DNA from: Eledone cirrhosa
Taxonomy: Eukaryota
Direction of reading: 5' to 3'
Assembly: GCA_964016885.1 (NCBI GenBank)
Contig: OZ024750.1
Span: forward strand, 30,256,001-30,320,000
Length of the DNA stretch: 64,000 nucleotides
In this document: positions 52,848 to 64,000 of the stretch, piece by piece
Position numbering within the stretch: the stretch's first letter is position 1
Layout: each line of letters opens with the position of its first letter
The notes under the pieces: model-generated
What the model saw: the letters and a program-made list of their open reading frames with translations, nothing else
Told to the model about the DNA's origin: nothing
Databases searched by the model: none
Translations under genes and position numbers: made by a program

Positions 52848-53258
52848 TAATGTCCGTTTATATATATATATATATATATATGTAATGGCTGCCACTCTGC
52901 TGGCTTTGTTGTAAAACTTGAGTTAAGCTGTCTTACCACACAAGTCTGTATATGAAAGGTGAGGTAGCGTGGTTAATTATGGTGAAGCAGGATAAATATG
53001 AAGGAAAGATTTAGCAGATTAATTTAGGTCTCCAAGGAGGGGAAAATATTATCTAGTGTTGTTTATACTTGATAAAATGGCTGAATGGGTAAGTAAATAA
53101 CAGGCGTAACAGATATTATAACAAATAGATTGACTTTAGAGATATTACATAAATAGATAGCAGCAGCTATATAGACAGACAGTAGGGGGGGGGGAGATAA
53201 AGAAAAGAAGGGATAAATAGAGAGGGGATAGATAAAGAGGGAAGTAGGTACAGATAGG

Positions 53259-53409
<151 letters not shown>

Positions 53410-53674
53410 CATTTGGTATTTTTATTATTCAAGTGTCTGGTGGCAAGGTTACAAGGAAAGACATTAAACATGAGAGAGAGATAGAGAAAGAAAGAGAGAA
53501 AAGAGGGGGGAGAGAGAAAGAGAGAGAGAGAAAGAAAGAGAGAGAGAGAAAGAGAGAGAGAGAAAGAGAGAGAGAGAGAAAGAGAGACAGAGAGAGAGAG
53601 ACAGAGAGAGAAAAACAAACAAAAATGAGGCAGATAGGTAGGGAAAGGTGTGTGTGTGTATGTGTATGTATGTA

Positions 53675-53705
<31 letters not shown>

Positions 53706-54191
53706 GTGTTTATGTATGTGTGTGTATGCATGTGTATATGTATGTATGTATGTGTGTGTGTATGTGTGTGTATGCATGTGTATATGTGTGTGTATGTATG
53801 TGTGTGTGTGTGTATGCATGTGTATATGTGTGTGTATATATGTGTGTGTGTGTGTGGTTGTAGAAGTTCACTTTCCAATCATTAGATTCCAGGATCAATC
53901 CTACAGCGTGTCATCTTGAGCAAGTGCCATATTTACCTAGGGTTGGGTTGATCCATGACTTGTGAATGAAATTTGGTGGACAGAAACTATTTGGAAGCCT
54001 GTTGGATTCACTGTATCTGTAATTCTAAGGGTCAGTTTTGTTGCATACTGTGTTATGTTGAATCTCCCTGAGAATTACATTAAAGGTATGTGAGACAGTG
54101 AAATGCTCAGCCAGTTATATTTTAATTTCCTATGTAGGCTGTCCCATTGAGCGAACAACTAGAATATTCCTCACCAAAACCAATATTTCTT

Positions 54192-54243
<52 letters not shown>

Positions 54244-54245
<2 letters not shown>

Positions 54246-55776
54246 CCACGCAGTATTCTTCTTTCTTCTCGTGTTTTTTATATATATTTACCTCGGCTGC
54301 GTTTGTCTGTTTCTCTCTTACTGCTTCCCCGCTCTCTCTGTTGCTCTCACCTTCTTTCGCCCCCTTTTGTCAGTTACACTTTCTCTCGACTGACCTCTTC
54401 CTCACACTTCCACTCACTCACTCTCTGTTTCTCCCCTTCTCACTTCCTCCCGTTTGGCTAGTAGTGGGTTCTCTTCTTGCTCACACCTCACTCACGTCGG
54501 ACGGTCTGTATCTCGATCGATCATGAAATCCACCCAGCTTATGCTGACCGGATAACCATGTTGCTTGTTTACTTTCCTATCTTCGGTTTGCTTTTATCCT
54601 TCTATGTTGTTTACTTGTCTCACTCGCTTTACGCGATTTACTTGTCCCAATAGCTTTATTTAGCTACTAGCAGTAAAGCCCGGCGTTGCTTGGGGTCGCT
54701 CAGTAGCTGTGTTAAAGTTACAATGTTAAGTTTCTTTTTTGGCTTAAAAACTGTAGTGTCTACTGTGCAGACTTGCATGTGGTGTTTTTGATTAATATTC
54801 CCTCAACCAACAATATGCCTTATGAAGTTAAGAAAACATAACGATAACCCGAATGTTATAACAAAAGAGGATGCTGGGGATAGAAACTGCACTGGTTATT
54901 TATTAACAAAGATCGAAAATGTAAACACTGCAACGCAGAGAAAAACATTAGCGTAACCAAATTATCAGTTATGTCTGTCTGCACGCCTATATCACCTCTC
55001 TGCACGACTGTCTGTCTGCACGCCTATATCACCTCTCTGCACGACTGTCTGTCTGCACGCCTATATCACCTCTCTGCACGACTGTCTGCACGCCTATATC
55101 ACCTCTCTGCACGACTGTCTGTCTGCACGCCTATATCACCTCTCTGCACGACTGTCTGTCTGCACGCCTATATCACCTCTCTGCACGACTGTCTGCACGC
55201 CTATATCACCTCTCTGCACGACTGTCTGTCTGCACGCCTAACGAAATTTACAGATACATATATTTGCTTGTTTTATGTAGTCTTTAAATAGACTTGTTTT
55301 CAAGTAAAAATATTGTTTTAAAATGCTTTTAAATGGAAATGAAGCAAAATGGAAGCTTAGTGTTCGAACTGATGAATTTTGCAGGTCAATATTTTGCTGG
55401 CTCGACAACTGTTCATGTATTGTGTTAATGTCATTTTAAACGCTGAGAAAGCCAGCGTAATTTTTTACGTAAGACGCTCAATGTAAACAGAAAGGGAAAT
55501 AACTGATAACTTACGCTCAAAAATCAATACATTATATTCGATTTCGTCACATAGGGTGGGTCAATTTGAAATATTTTTTTTCCGATGTCTTCGCTAGGGC
55601 TCAATGTACAAGTATAGCAATTTCGGTGCAATTCCGTGAGAGATTGCTCGCACCAACCTGAGGTATATGATTTTTAATGCGATGAAATATCAATGATGGT
55701 TGGAAAATCACTGACGAAGGACTATTTTTATCATATGTAACCCATGTGCAACCACGCAGTATTCTTCTTTCTTCTC

Positions 55777-55783
<7 letters not shown>
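54244..55783. mobile_element. (TA)n-flanked composite with ~33-bp terminal direct repeats
   Basis: AACCACGCAGTATTCTTCTTTCTTCTC(G/A)TGTTTT at 54244 and 55750. Confidence 0.6.
54667..55735 (-). mobile_element. Probable non-autonomous Helitron (3' end at 54667; far boundary uncertain)
   Basis: Minus strand ends in a GC hairpin (54679-54694, CCCGGCGTTGCTTGGG) ~11 nt before CTAG followed by T; internal 33/37-bp minisatellite at 54972-55240. Confidence 0.55.
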
Positions 55784-55858
<75 letters not shown>

Positions 55859-55860
55859 AG

Positions 55861-56240
55861 AAAAGAGAATCAGTGTTGCGACGAAAGGAATTTATTGGAC
55901 ATATTACAATTGTTTCTCAGGCGACCAGCTTGAGGCACGATCGATATGGTGATTAAACCCGACTCTGAAGTCGTGCGGCCCTTGGATACATCTCAATTCT
56001 ACGAAGCGGAGTAAAATCTGCTTCTTAGAATCGAGACATATCCAAGGACCGTGCAATTTCAGAGTCAGGTTTGATCACCACATCGATCGTGCCTCGAGCT
56101 GGTCACCCGAGAAACAATTGTAATATGTCCAATAAATTCCTTTCATCGCAACACTGATTCTCTTTTACTCTGCTCTACGAGGGCATCAAGTGCTCATATA
56201 GCCTACCGCATATGGACGCTTTAAGCATCCAACACCAATC
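55861..56240 (+). mobile_element. Fold-back element with ~150-bp arms plus ~70-nt tail between (TA)n tracts
   Basis: 55861-56010 pairs with 56017-56166; GAAA-CAATTG-TA hammerhead-like 3' half at ~56112-56123. Confidence 0.85.
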
Positions 56241-56274
56241 ATATATATATATATATATATATATATCAGATAGG

Positions 56275-56445
56275 GTGTGATAAAATACCAGGTAGACCAT
56301 AACCTACCAGAGTACTCAATACTTGGGGTAGTAGAGTGGGTAATATGAAAAGAGTCAGGACCCCGATGGCTGGGCTCCAGCCGTTTCAACAGTTCGGATC
56401 TAGCTGTTGAAATGGCCGGAGGGGCTCCTGAATCTTTTCATATAT
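56275..56445 (-). mobile_element. Family L fold-back element
   Basis: Shares GACCATAAC..ACCAG.GTACTCAATACTT.GGGTAGTAGAGTGGG with 8935-8983; hairpin GCCGTTTCAACAG/CTGTTGAAATGGC. Confidence 0.75.
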
Positions 56446-56457
56446 ATACATGGTTTT

Positions 56458-56848
56458 CATGGCTTAGTGGTTAGAGCATTGGCCTTGCAATCGAAAGGTT
56501 GTGAGTTCAATTCTCAGACCGGGTGATGTGTTGTTTCCTTGAGCAAGACACTTTATTTCACATTGCTCCAGTTTACTCAGCTGTAGAAATGAGATGATAG
56601 GGGCTGGGGTCCCTATCATTCCACTGCAAAGTGATCGTGGAGGTGCCACAGAAAAAAAGCACCCAGCACTCACTGCAAAGTGGTCGTGGAGGTGCCACGA
56701 AAAAAAAGCACCCAGCACTCACTGTAAATGAGGTTGGTGTTAGGAAGGGCATCCAGCTGTAGAAATCAAGCCAGAATCAGTTCCCGTCCCACCCTTGTAA
56801 GCAGGGAAATGCGGACGTAAAATAATGATGATGATGATGATGATGATA
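56458..56848 (+). mobile_element. Composite SINE family B with the internal ~49-bp unit duplicated
   Basis: CACTGCAAAGTG.TCGTGGAGGTGCCAC.GAAAAAAAGCACCCAGCACT occurs twice (56622-56720). Confidence 0.92.
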
Positions 56849-57705
56849 TATATATATATATATATATATACTTTTGCTATGTTCATTCATGAGACTCTGG
56901 CCACGCTGGGTATTTATTATTTCTAGTTCAATATTTATTTAATTGATATAATTTTTCAGTCTTGTCAAACCACGAAGTTATTGAATGTAAATATGGACAT
57001 ACACATAAACAGAGAGAAACAGACACATACAAACACACGCTCACACACATACATACAGAAACACACACACACACATTATTATAGGTCAAATATACTCTGC
57101 AGTCATTTTTAAAACATTTCAATGACAAAATATAAATAATATCATCATCATCATCATTTAACGCCCATTTTCCACGCTTGCAAGGGTTAGATGGGTTTAC
57201 ATGTCTAGAGACCACATCTTGATCATATGTATCTGTAATTTGGCTTTGTTCCTACAGCTGGATGCCCTTTTTAACGCCATACTAAAGTATGGACTGGGTG
57301 CTTTTTATCATGGCCCCATCATGACTACCTTACAAGATGGACTCAGTGCTTTTTATCATGGCACCAACACGACCTCCTTACAGGGTGGACTGGGTGCTTT
57401 TGTTGTTGTGGCAATAGATTAGCATACAGGTTGGACTTAGTGCTTTTTGTCATGATAACGACATTGTGGGGGATCAGATGTAGAGGGTGCCTAGCTTTTA
57501 TGTTTATATGTGTGGGTTGAGCAGGCAAGGTGTATCAGGGTTGAAGGTTAGGTGTGTGTGTAAGGGGGGGGGGGATGACCAGTAAGCAAGTTCAACATCA
57601 ATGAGGTGTGTGTGATATTTAGCTGGTGAGGGCAGGGTTTTAAGATTGGAGAGAGTGAATGTAGAGGGGTGAAGATAACACTTGCGAAGACTATTGTGTT
57701 CTCTA

Positions 57706-57950
57706 CAAATATATATTTGAAAGAAGGAAAAGAATGACTTCAATTGTAGTTCTAAACAATTTAATTTCATATTACAATTTTATAATTTTGCTATCTAGAT
57801 CTACATAGCAAAATTGTAAAATTGTAATATGAAATTAAATTGTTTAGAACTAATAGTGAAGTCATTCTTTTCCTTTTTTCAAATATATATTTTTTTCATT
57901 TTTTTTCAAATATACCTAACTGTACCAAGGATTTCACACATTTTCCAATA
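57706..57950 (+). repeat. ~190-bp AT-rich palindrome plus unpaired tail
   Basis: Arms 57706-57795 / 57804-57893 centred on TAGATCTA. Confidence 0.85.
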
Positions 57951-57960
57951 TATATAGAAA

Positions 57961-58022
<62 letters not shown>

Positions 58023-58044
58023 AACGATATATATATATATATAT

Positions 58045-58311
58045 ATCGTTTCTGAATTTGTTTAGCAAGATTCTTTATCTGAAAACGTGTGTTGAAACCG
58101 ATATTGTTATACTTTGGGAGGGTCATGTTGCCAATAAGAACTTCGACAATATATGAACAACCGTCCGGTTGTGGAACCAACCAACCAACCAACCAACTGG
58201 AAATTTATAAATTTTTTAAATTTATAATTTAATTTATAATAAATTGGAGTGAAAGCAACTGGTACGTGTGTTTCTTATTGGCAACATGACCCTCCCAAAG
58301 TATAACAATAT
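58045..58311 (-). mobile_element. Family F 3' end with inverted 40-bp arm
   Basis: 58101-58140 is the reverse complement of 58272-58311. Confidence 0.75.
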
Positions 58312-58688
58312 ATTGACTCCACAAATGAGGAAACCAAACCGTTACCGGATACAAACCCTTCGAAATCGGCGATAAACTTCAAAACCTTTGCGATACTATC
58401 CAAACTATTTTCACTACTACCAACCCAGGAAAACCCAACGAAGAACCATGTGAGATTGATTCATACAAAATGAAAAATCGAACAATCACAAAATGGAACA
58501 AATCTCTCAGAGACAGAAAGTTCTCCTTCTGGAAGATGATACAAAATCACAACAAAGCAAAACTTAAAACTAAAACTGAATACTAACTAATACTTAGTTT
58601 AATTAGGAATAAGTATAAATTAGTAATATTTTTCACTCGGAAAAATTTGTCAGCATTTTCTTTTCCTTTTTAATAAAATATATATATG

Positions 58689-59038
58689 TGGAGGATACAT
58701 AGCTTAGTGGTTAGAGCATTGGCCTTGCAATCGAAAGGTTGTGAGTTCAATTCTCAGACCAGGTGATGTGTTGTTTCCTTGAGAAAGACACTTTATTTCA
58801 CATTGCTCCAGTTTACTCAGCTGTAGAAATGAGATGATAGGGACTGGGGTCCCTATCATTCCACTGCAAAGTGGTCGTGGAGGTGCCACGGCAAAAAAGT
58901 ACCCAGCACTCACTGTAAATGAGGTTGGTGTTAGGAAGGGCATCCAGCTGTAGAAATCAAGCCAGAATCAGTTCCCGTCCCACCCTTGCAAGCAGGGAAA
59001 AGCGGACGTAAAATGATGATGATGATGATGATGATGAT
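58689..59038 (+). mobile_element. Composite SINE family B
   Basis: Full length; internal hairpin ATGATAGGGAC/GTCCCTATCAT (58834-58859); (TGA)n tail. Confidence 0.92.
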
Positions 59039-59149
59039 ATATATATATATATATATGAATATTTATATGTAAGTAAAAGATAAACAGAAATAACAACACA
59101 ATCGGTACAGTATCTGGAAGGAATATATTAGTTTAACACTTGATATAGC

Positions 59150-59205
59150 AGGAAGTGTCTTAACGTTTCAGACGCTAGTCCTTCATCAGAAAAAAGAATG
59201 AGAAA
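59150..59205 (-). ncRNA. Candidate minimal hammerhead (family J)
   Basis: Minus strand CTGATGA-A-GGAC-TAGC-GTCT-GAAA-CGTTA; stem I weak; homolog at 60428-60474. Confidence 0.55.
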
Positions 59206-59378
59206 TTAGAAAGATTGAAGGGACGGGCGGGTTGGATCGGAAAAAATGTTTGTAGAGAAAAATAACAGGTCCATTCACGTTGCCATCTCGGAGAAAATAT
59301 TTCAGATATGGTATGATATATATATATATATATATATACCTACATACAAACACACAAAAGCATATATATATATATATA

Positions 59379-59727
59379 TCATCATCATCATTTTCATCAT
59401 TTCATTTTACGTCCGCTTTTCCCTGCTTGCAAGGGTGGGACGGGAACTGATTCTGGCTTGATTTCTACAGCTGGATGCCCTTCCTAACACCAACCTCATT
59501 TACAGTGAGTACTGGGTGCTTTTTTGCCGTGGCACCTCCACGACCACTTTGCAGTGGAATGATAGGGACCCCAGTCCTATCATCTTATTTCTACAGCTGA
59601 GTAAACTGGAGCAATGTGAAATAAAGTGTCTTGCTCAAGGAAACAACACATCACCTGGTCTGAGAATTGAACTCACAACCTTTCGATTGCAAGGCCAATG
59701 CTCTAACCACTAAGCCATGTGCCTCCA
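59379..59727 (-). mobile_element. Composite SINE family B
   Basis: Near-perfect reverse complement of 58689-59038. Confidence 0.92.
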
Positions 59728-59873
59728 TATATATATATATTTGGGGAGGGTCATATTGTTATAATATTGCCAGAAATGTATAATATAACAGTATTTGTTT
59801 CAACACATGATTTCATATCAAAACTTTGCAAAGAAATTCATCACCTATATATATCGATCGATTGGTTATTGAT

Positions 59874-59999
59874 TAGGCGATACCCGCTGATGAACCTGCA
59901 TAAGCCGATTGTGCATTGTTGCATAATATATGCAGACAGATGGTGCAGTGCACCTTACTGCTGCATTAGTGCGGCAGAAACTCGAGTCCGGGAACCTTA
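59874..59999 (+). ncRNA. Type I hammerhead with very long stem II (family K)
   Basis: Stem I CCCG/CGGG; CTGATGA 59887-59893; 83-nt rod-like stem II; GAAA 59977-59980; palindromic CTCGAG; GTC with predicted cleavage after 59988. Confidence 0.68.
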
Positions 60000-60131
60000 T
60001 AGGCACCCGATTTACGTGTGTTGTGTTGAGGCAAATAACTATGTGTATACTCCGGTAATGTATCTTACATTGCCTATTGAGATACAACTGGTACTGGCAT
60101 TGATAAATATGCTGGGTCCGTCAACCCTTAT

Positions 60132-60163
<32 letters not shown>

Positions 60164-60427
60164 CACATATATATATATATATATATACACACACATACAC
60201 TCACTCACATATATATATATATATACACACACATACACTCACTCACATATATATATATATACACACACACACAGACTCATATATATATATGCTAAACCCA
60301 TGCTAGCATGGAAGATAGACGTTAAACGATGATGATGATGATGCATACATACATGACTGACTGAATACACACGTGTTTTTCTCTGTTCCTTCCTCTTCTC
60401 AAACTTTCTATTTCCTCTTTTATATCT

Positions 60428-60474
60428 CATTCTATCTTCTGATGAAGGACTAGTGTCAGAAACAGTAAGAGAAT
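60428..60474 (+). ncRNA. Candidate minimal hammerhead (family J)
   Basis: CTGATGA 60439-60445, A-GGAC-TAGT-GTCA, GAAA 60459-60462, CAG-TA; downstream CAAGTG.TAAACTAATATATT shared with 59060-59150 (minus). Confidence 0.55.
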
Positions 60475-60559
60475 CTTTTCTTAATATAACAAGTGATAAA
60501 CTAATATATTTTTTCATTGTCCTGTATCACTTGCTTTGTTATTTCTCTTTACTTATAGA

Positions 60560-61050
60560 CACATATATACGTATACACATACATACGTACATATATATAT
60601 ATATATATATATACACATACATACATATATATATATACACATACATACATATATATACACATACATACATACATACATACATACACACATACGTATATAT
60701 ACACATGCATATATATATACACATATACATACATACATACATACACATACACACATACTTACATATACATACACATGCATATATATACATACACACATAC
60801 ATATAAATATATACACATATATATACATACATATATATATACATATAGACAGACATATATATATATATATATAGACAGACATACACACACACACACATAT
60901 ATATAGACAGACATATATACACACATACGCACATATATATACAGACATATATACACACACGCACACACACATATATATATATATATACACACACAAACAG
61001 ACACACACATATATTTATATATATATATATAGACAGACATATATACATAT

Positions 61051-61081
<31 letters not shown>

Positions 61082-61242
61082 CACAAACAGACACACACAT
61101 ATATATATATACACAAACAGACACACACATATATATATATATATAGACAGACATATATATATATACACACATACATCTATAGACAGACATATATATATAT
61201 ACACACATACATACATATACATATATAGACACATACATATAT

Positions 61243-61275
<33 letters not shown>

Positions 61276-61474
61276 GACAGACATATATATATATATATAT
61301 ATATACACATACATATATGTATATAGAGAGAGACATATATATACACACGCATACATACATATATGTATATAGACAGACATATATATACACATACATACAT
61401 ACATACATCTATAGACAGACATATATATATATACACACATACATACATATACATATATAGACACATACATATAT

Positions 61475-61507
<33 letters not shown>

Positions 61508-62362
61508 GACAGACATATATATATATATATATATATACACATACATATATGTATATAGAGAGAGACATATATATACACACGCATACATACATATATGTAT
61601 ATAGACAGACATATATATACACATACATACATACATACATATATAGACAGACACATATATATACACACATACATATACATATAGACAGACATATATATAC
61701 ACACACACATACATACTTATATATAGAGACAGATACATTATATATATATATATATATATATACATATATACACACACATACATACGTATACATATACATA
61801 TATAGACAGACATATATATACACACATACATACATATATAGACAGACATATAGACACATACATATATACACACTCATACACACACACATATATACACACA
61901 AACACACACACACATATATATATATACACAAACACACACACACATATACACACATACACACAAACACACACACATATATATACACACAAACACACACATA
62001 TATATACACACAAACACACACACAAGCACACACACATATATATATATATATATATACACTCACACACCATCATCATTTAACGTCCATATTCCACGCTTGC
62101 ATGGGTTTGGACGGGAGTTTTCCCACTTGAGGCAAGAGTGGTTGTCTTGCTCATATATATATACACACACACAAACACACACACATATATATATACACAC
62201 ACAAACACACACACACATATATATATATATATACACACAAACAAAGACACACATATATATACACACACACATATATATATATATACACATACACACACAT
62301 ATATATATATATACACTCACACACAAACACATATATATATATATATACACACACACATACAC

Positions 62363-62393
<31 letters not shown>

Positions 62394-62900
62394 AACAAAG
62401 ACACACACATATATTTATATACACACACACAAACACACACACACATATATATATATTCTATATAAAAGTGTCTAGATGTTTCCACCCTACTTTCCATCTC
62501 TTTCCATTCATTAATTTTCATAAATATTCTAGAAATGTCCAATATTGGTGGTGTTGTCTTTCTGAGTAATGGTGGTTCTTGGAAAATACTAATTCACTTA
62601 TACATTCTAACTTCCAATGTAGGTATATATATGTGTGTGTGTGTGTGTGTACCAGTGTGAGTGTGTGTGTGTGTGTACTAGTGTGTGTGTATGTGTGTGT
62701 GTGTGTGTGTGTACATATGTGTGTATGTGAACATGTGAGTGTGTATGTGAACATGTGAGTGTGTATGTGAACATGTGAGTGTGTATGTGTGCATGTGTAC
62801 ATATGTGTGTGTGTGTATGTGTACATATGTGTGTGTGTATGTGTACATATGTGTGTTGTGTACATGTGTGTATGTGTATATGTGTGTGTGTATGTATAAA
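60560..62900. repeat. Long compound (TA)/(CA)/(GACA) microsatellite with internal block duplications
   Basis: Direct inspection; source of the many Y/I/C/V/H/T-rich pseudo-ORFs. Confidence 0.95.
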
Positions 62901-63316
62901 TTCAGTAAAATCTTCCAATAGAAACCAGAGCTAGAGTCTCTAAGAAATACCATTCCAAGATAACAATGGCAAAGAGTTACGTATTTTCAATGTTTTGCTA
63001 ACAATTGAATTTACAGAAGAATACAAGATGGCCAGTTTCTTTGCCTAAAACATTCAGATTTTGAGATTATTTCTTAAGCATTTTTTTAAGGGGAGCATAT
63101 TGCAGTATCAGTATAGTGTTGGACAATATGCTTTGTAGTATATTTTTACATTCCTTTACGTACTGAGTTCAAATACTGCCGAGATTAGCTTTGCCTTTCA
63201 TCCTTACGGGGTCGATAAAATAAAGTACCAGTAATGCACTGGGGTGAATTTAATTGATGTATCTTTGCTCCAAAATTGTTGGCCTTCTGCCTCAATGTGA
63301 AACCATTATTTATTAA

Positions 63317-63743
63317 ACCTTTACTATGTACATTACTCTATATTTACTATAGAGCGGTGGATTGGCAGTATCGGTAGAGAGTCGGACGGCATGCTTTGAA
63401 ACATGGAGTTACGTCCCTTTACGGTCTGAGTTCAAATCCCGCCGAGGTTCACTTTGCCTTTCATCCTTACGGGGTCAATAAAATAAAGTACCAGTAATGC
63501 ACTGGGTAATTGCTGGCCTTGTGCCAAAAGTAGAAACAATTACTCTATATTTACTATTGTATTTTCACGGTAAAGGCTTTGTTTCACATAATTATCTCAT
63601 AATATTGAATCTATGAGATTTTCATATCAATTATTTTGAGAACAATACCATAATATAATTATGAGCAACTGGTTACAATCAGTTTGAACAGAAAGAGGTG
63701 AGAGAATTCTGGCTGGATATAGCCAGTTTAAATGCTAAAGGGT
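63317..63743. mobile_element. TTAA MITE interrupted by a family A SINE (63351-63538)
   Basis: 19-bp TSD ATTACTCTATATTTACTAT at 63332-63350 and 63539-63557; right TIR TAAATGCTAAAGGG-TTAA. Confidence 0.88.
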
Positions 63744-64000
63744 TAAATGTTTAGTAATATAACCAAGTGCACAAAGGAAATTTATATATACACTGTGTGT
63801 ACCCTGGTTTTTAGAAGAGATAAACTGTATCCTTGACAACATTGTGTCAAAACATTCTGTTGAATAGATGATAAGTGGATGTGATGATGATGATGATGAC
63901 TCTGTAAAATTGTTAGCTTTAGGAAAGGCATCTGACTGTAGAAACCAAGAAACCATATGAAATGTATGTATACATGTGTGTGTGTTTGTGTGTGTGAATG

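Noticed and set aside
55705-55760. CTGACGAAGG hammerhead-like start
   Set aside because: No downstream stem II partner or GAAA
58700-58765. tRNA gene-like sequences with A and B boxes
   Set aside because: They are SINE heads continuing into SINE bodies; no complete acceptor stem or Pol III terminator seen
60539-62953. Many long Y/I/C/V/H/T-rich ORFs
   Set aside because: Translations of (TA)/(CA) microsatellites

Overview
AT-rich, repeat-saturated animal genomic DNA. The SINE repertoire and (TA)n/(CA)n load suggest an octopus or other coleoid cephalopod (inference, not a database match). There is no intact gene: almost all ORF-track entries are microsatellite or TE artefacts. Real coding signal is limited to decayed retroelements (a Penelope-like RT at 6.3-7.4 kb, RTE fragments, an internally deleted CR1 LINE at 50.7-52.2 kb) and one or two candidate minus-strand exons, so the window may be mostly intron. 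It also holds more than 25 copies of one tRNA-derived SINE, five copies of a composite SINE sharing its 3' tail with the RTE LINE, hAT/piggyBac-type/mariner MITEs, a probable Helitron end and many TE-derived minisatellites. The most notable hidden structure is about 11 type I hammerhead-ribozyme motifs from about 6 sequence families, some with compensatory stem changes. They sit in short non-coding elements inserted in (TA)n tracts, many with one architecture: (TA)n - inverted arm - main arm plus 40-90 nt tail - (TA)n. This fits a diverse set of microsatellite-associated Penelope-like/retrozyme elements. All folds were paired by eye and none has been tested for cleavage.
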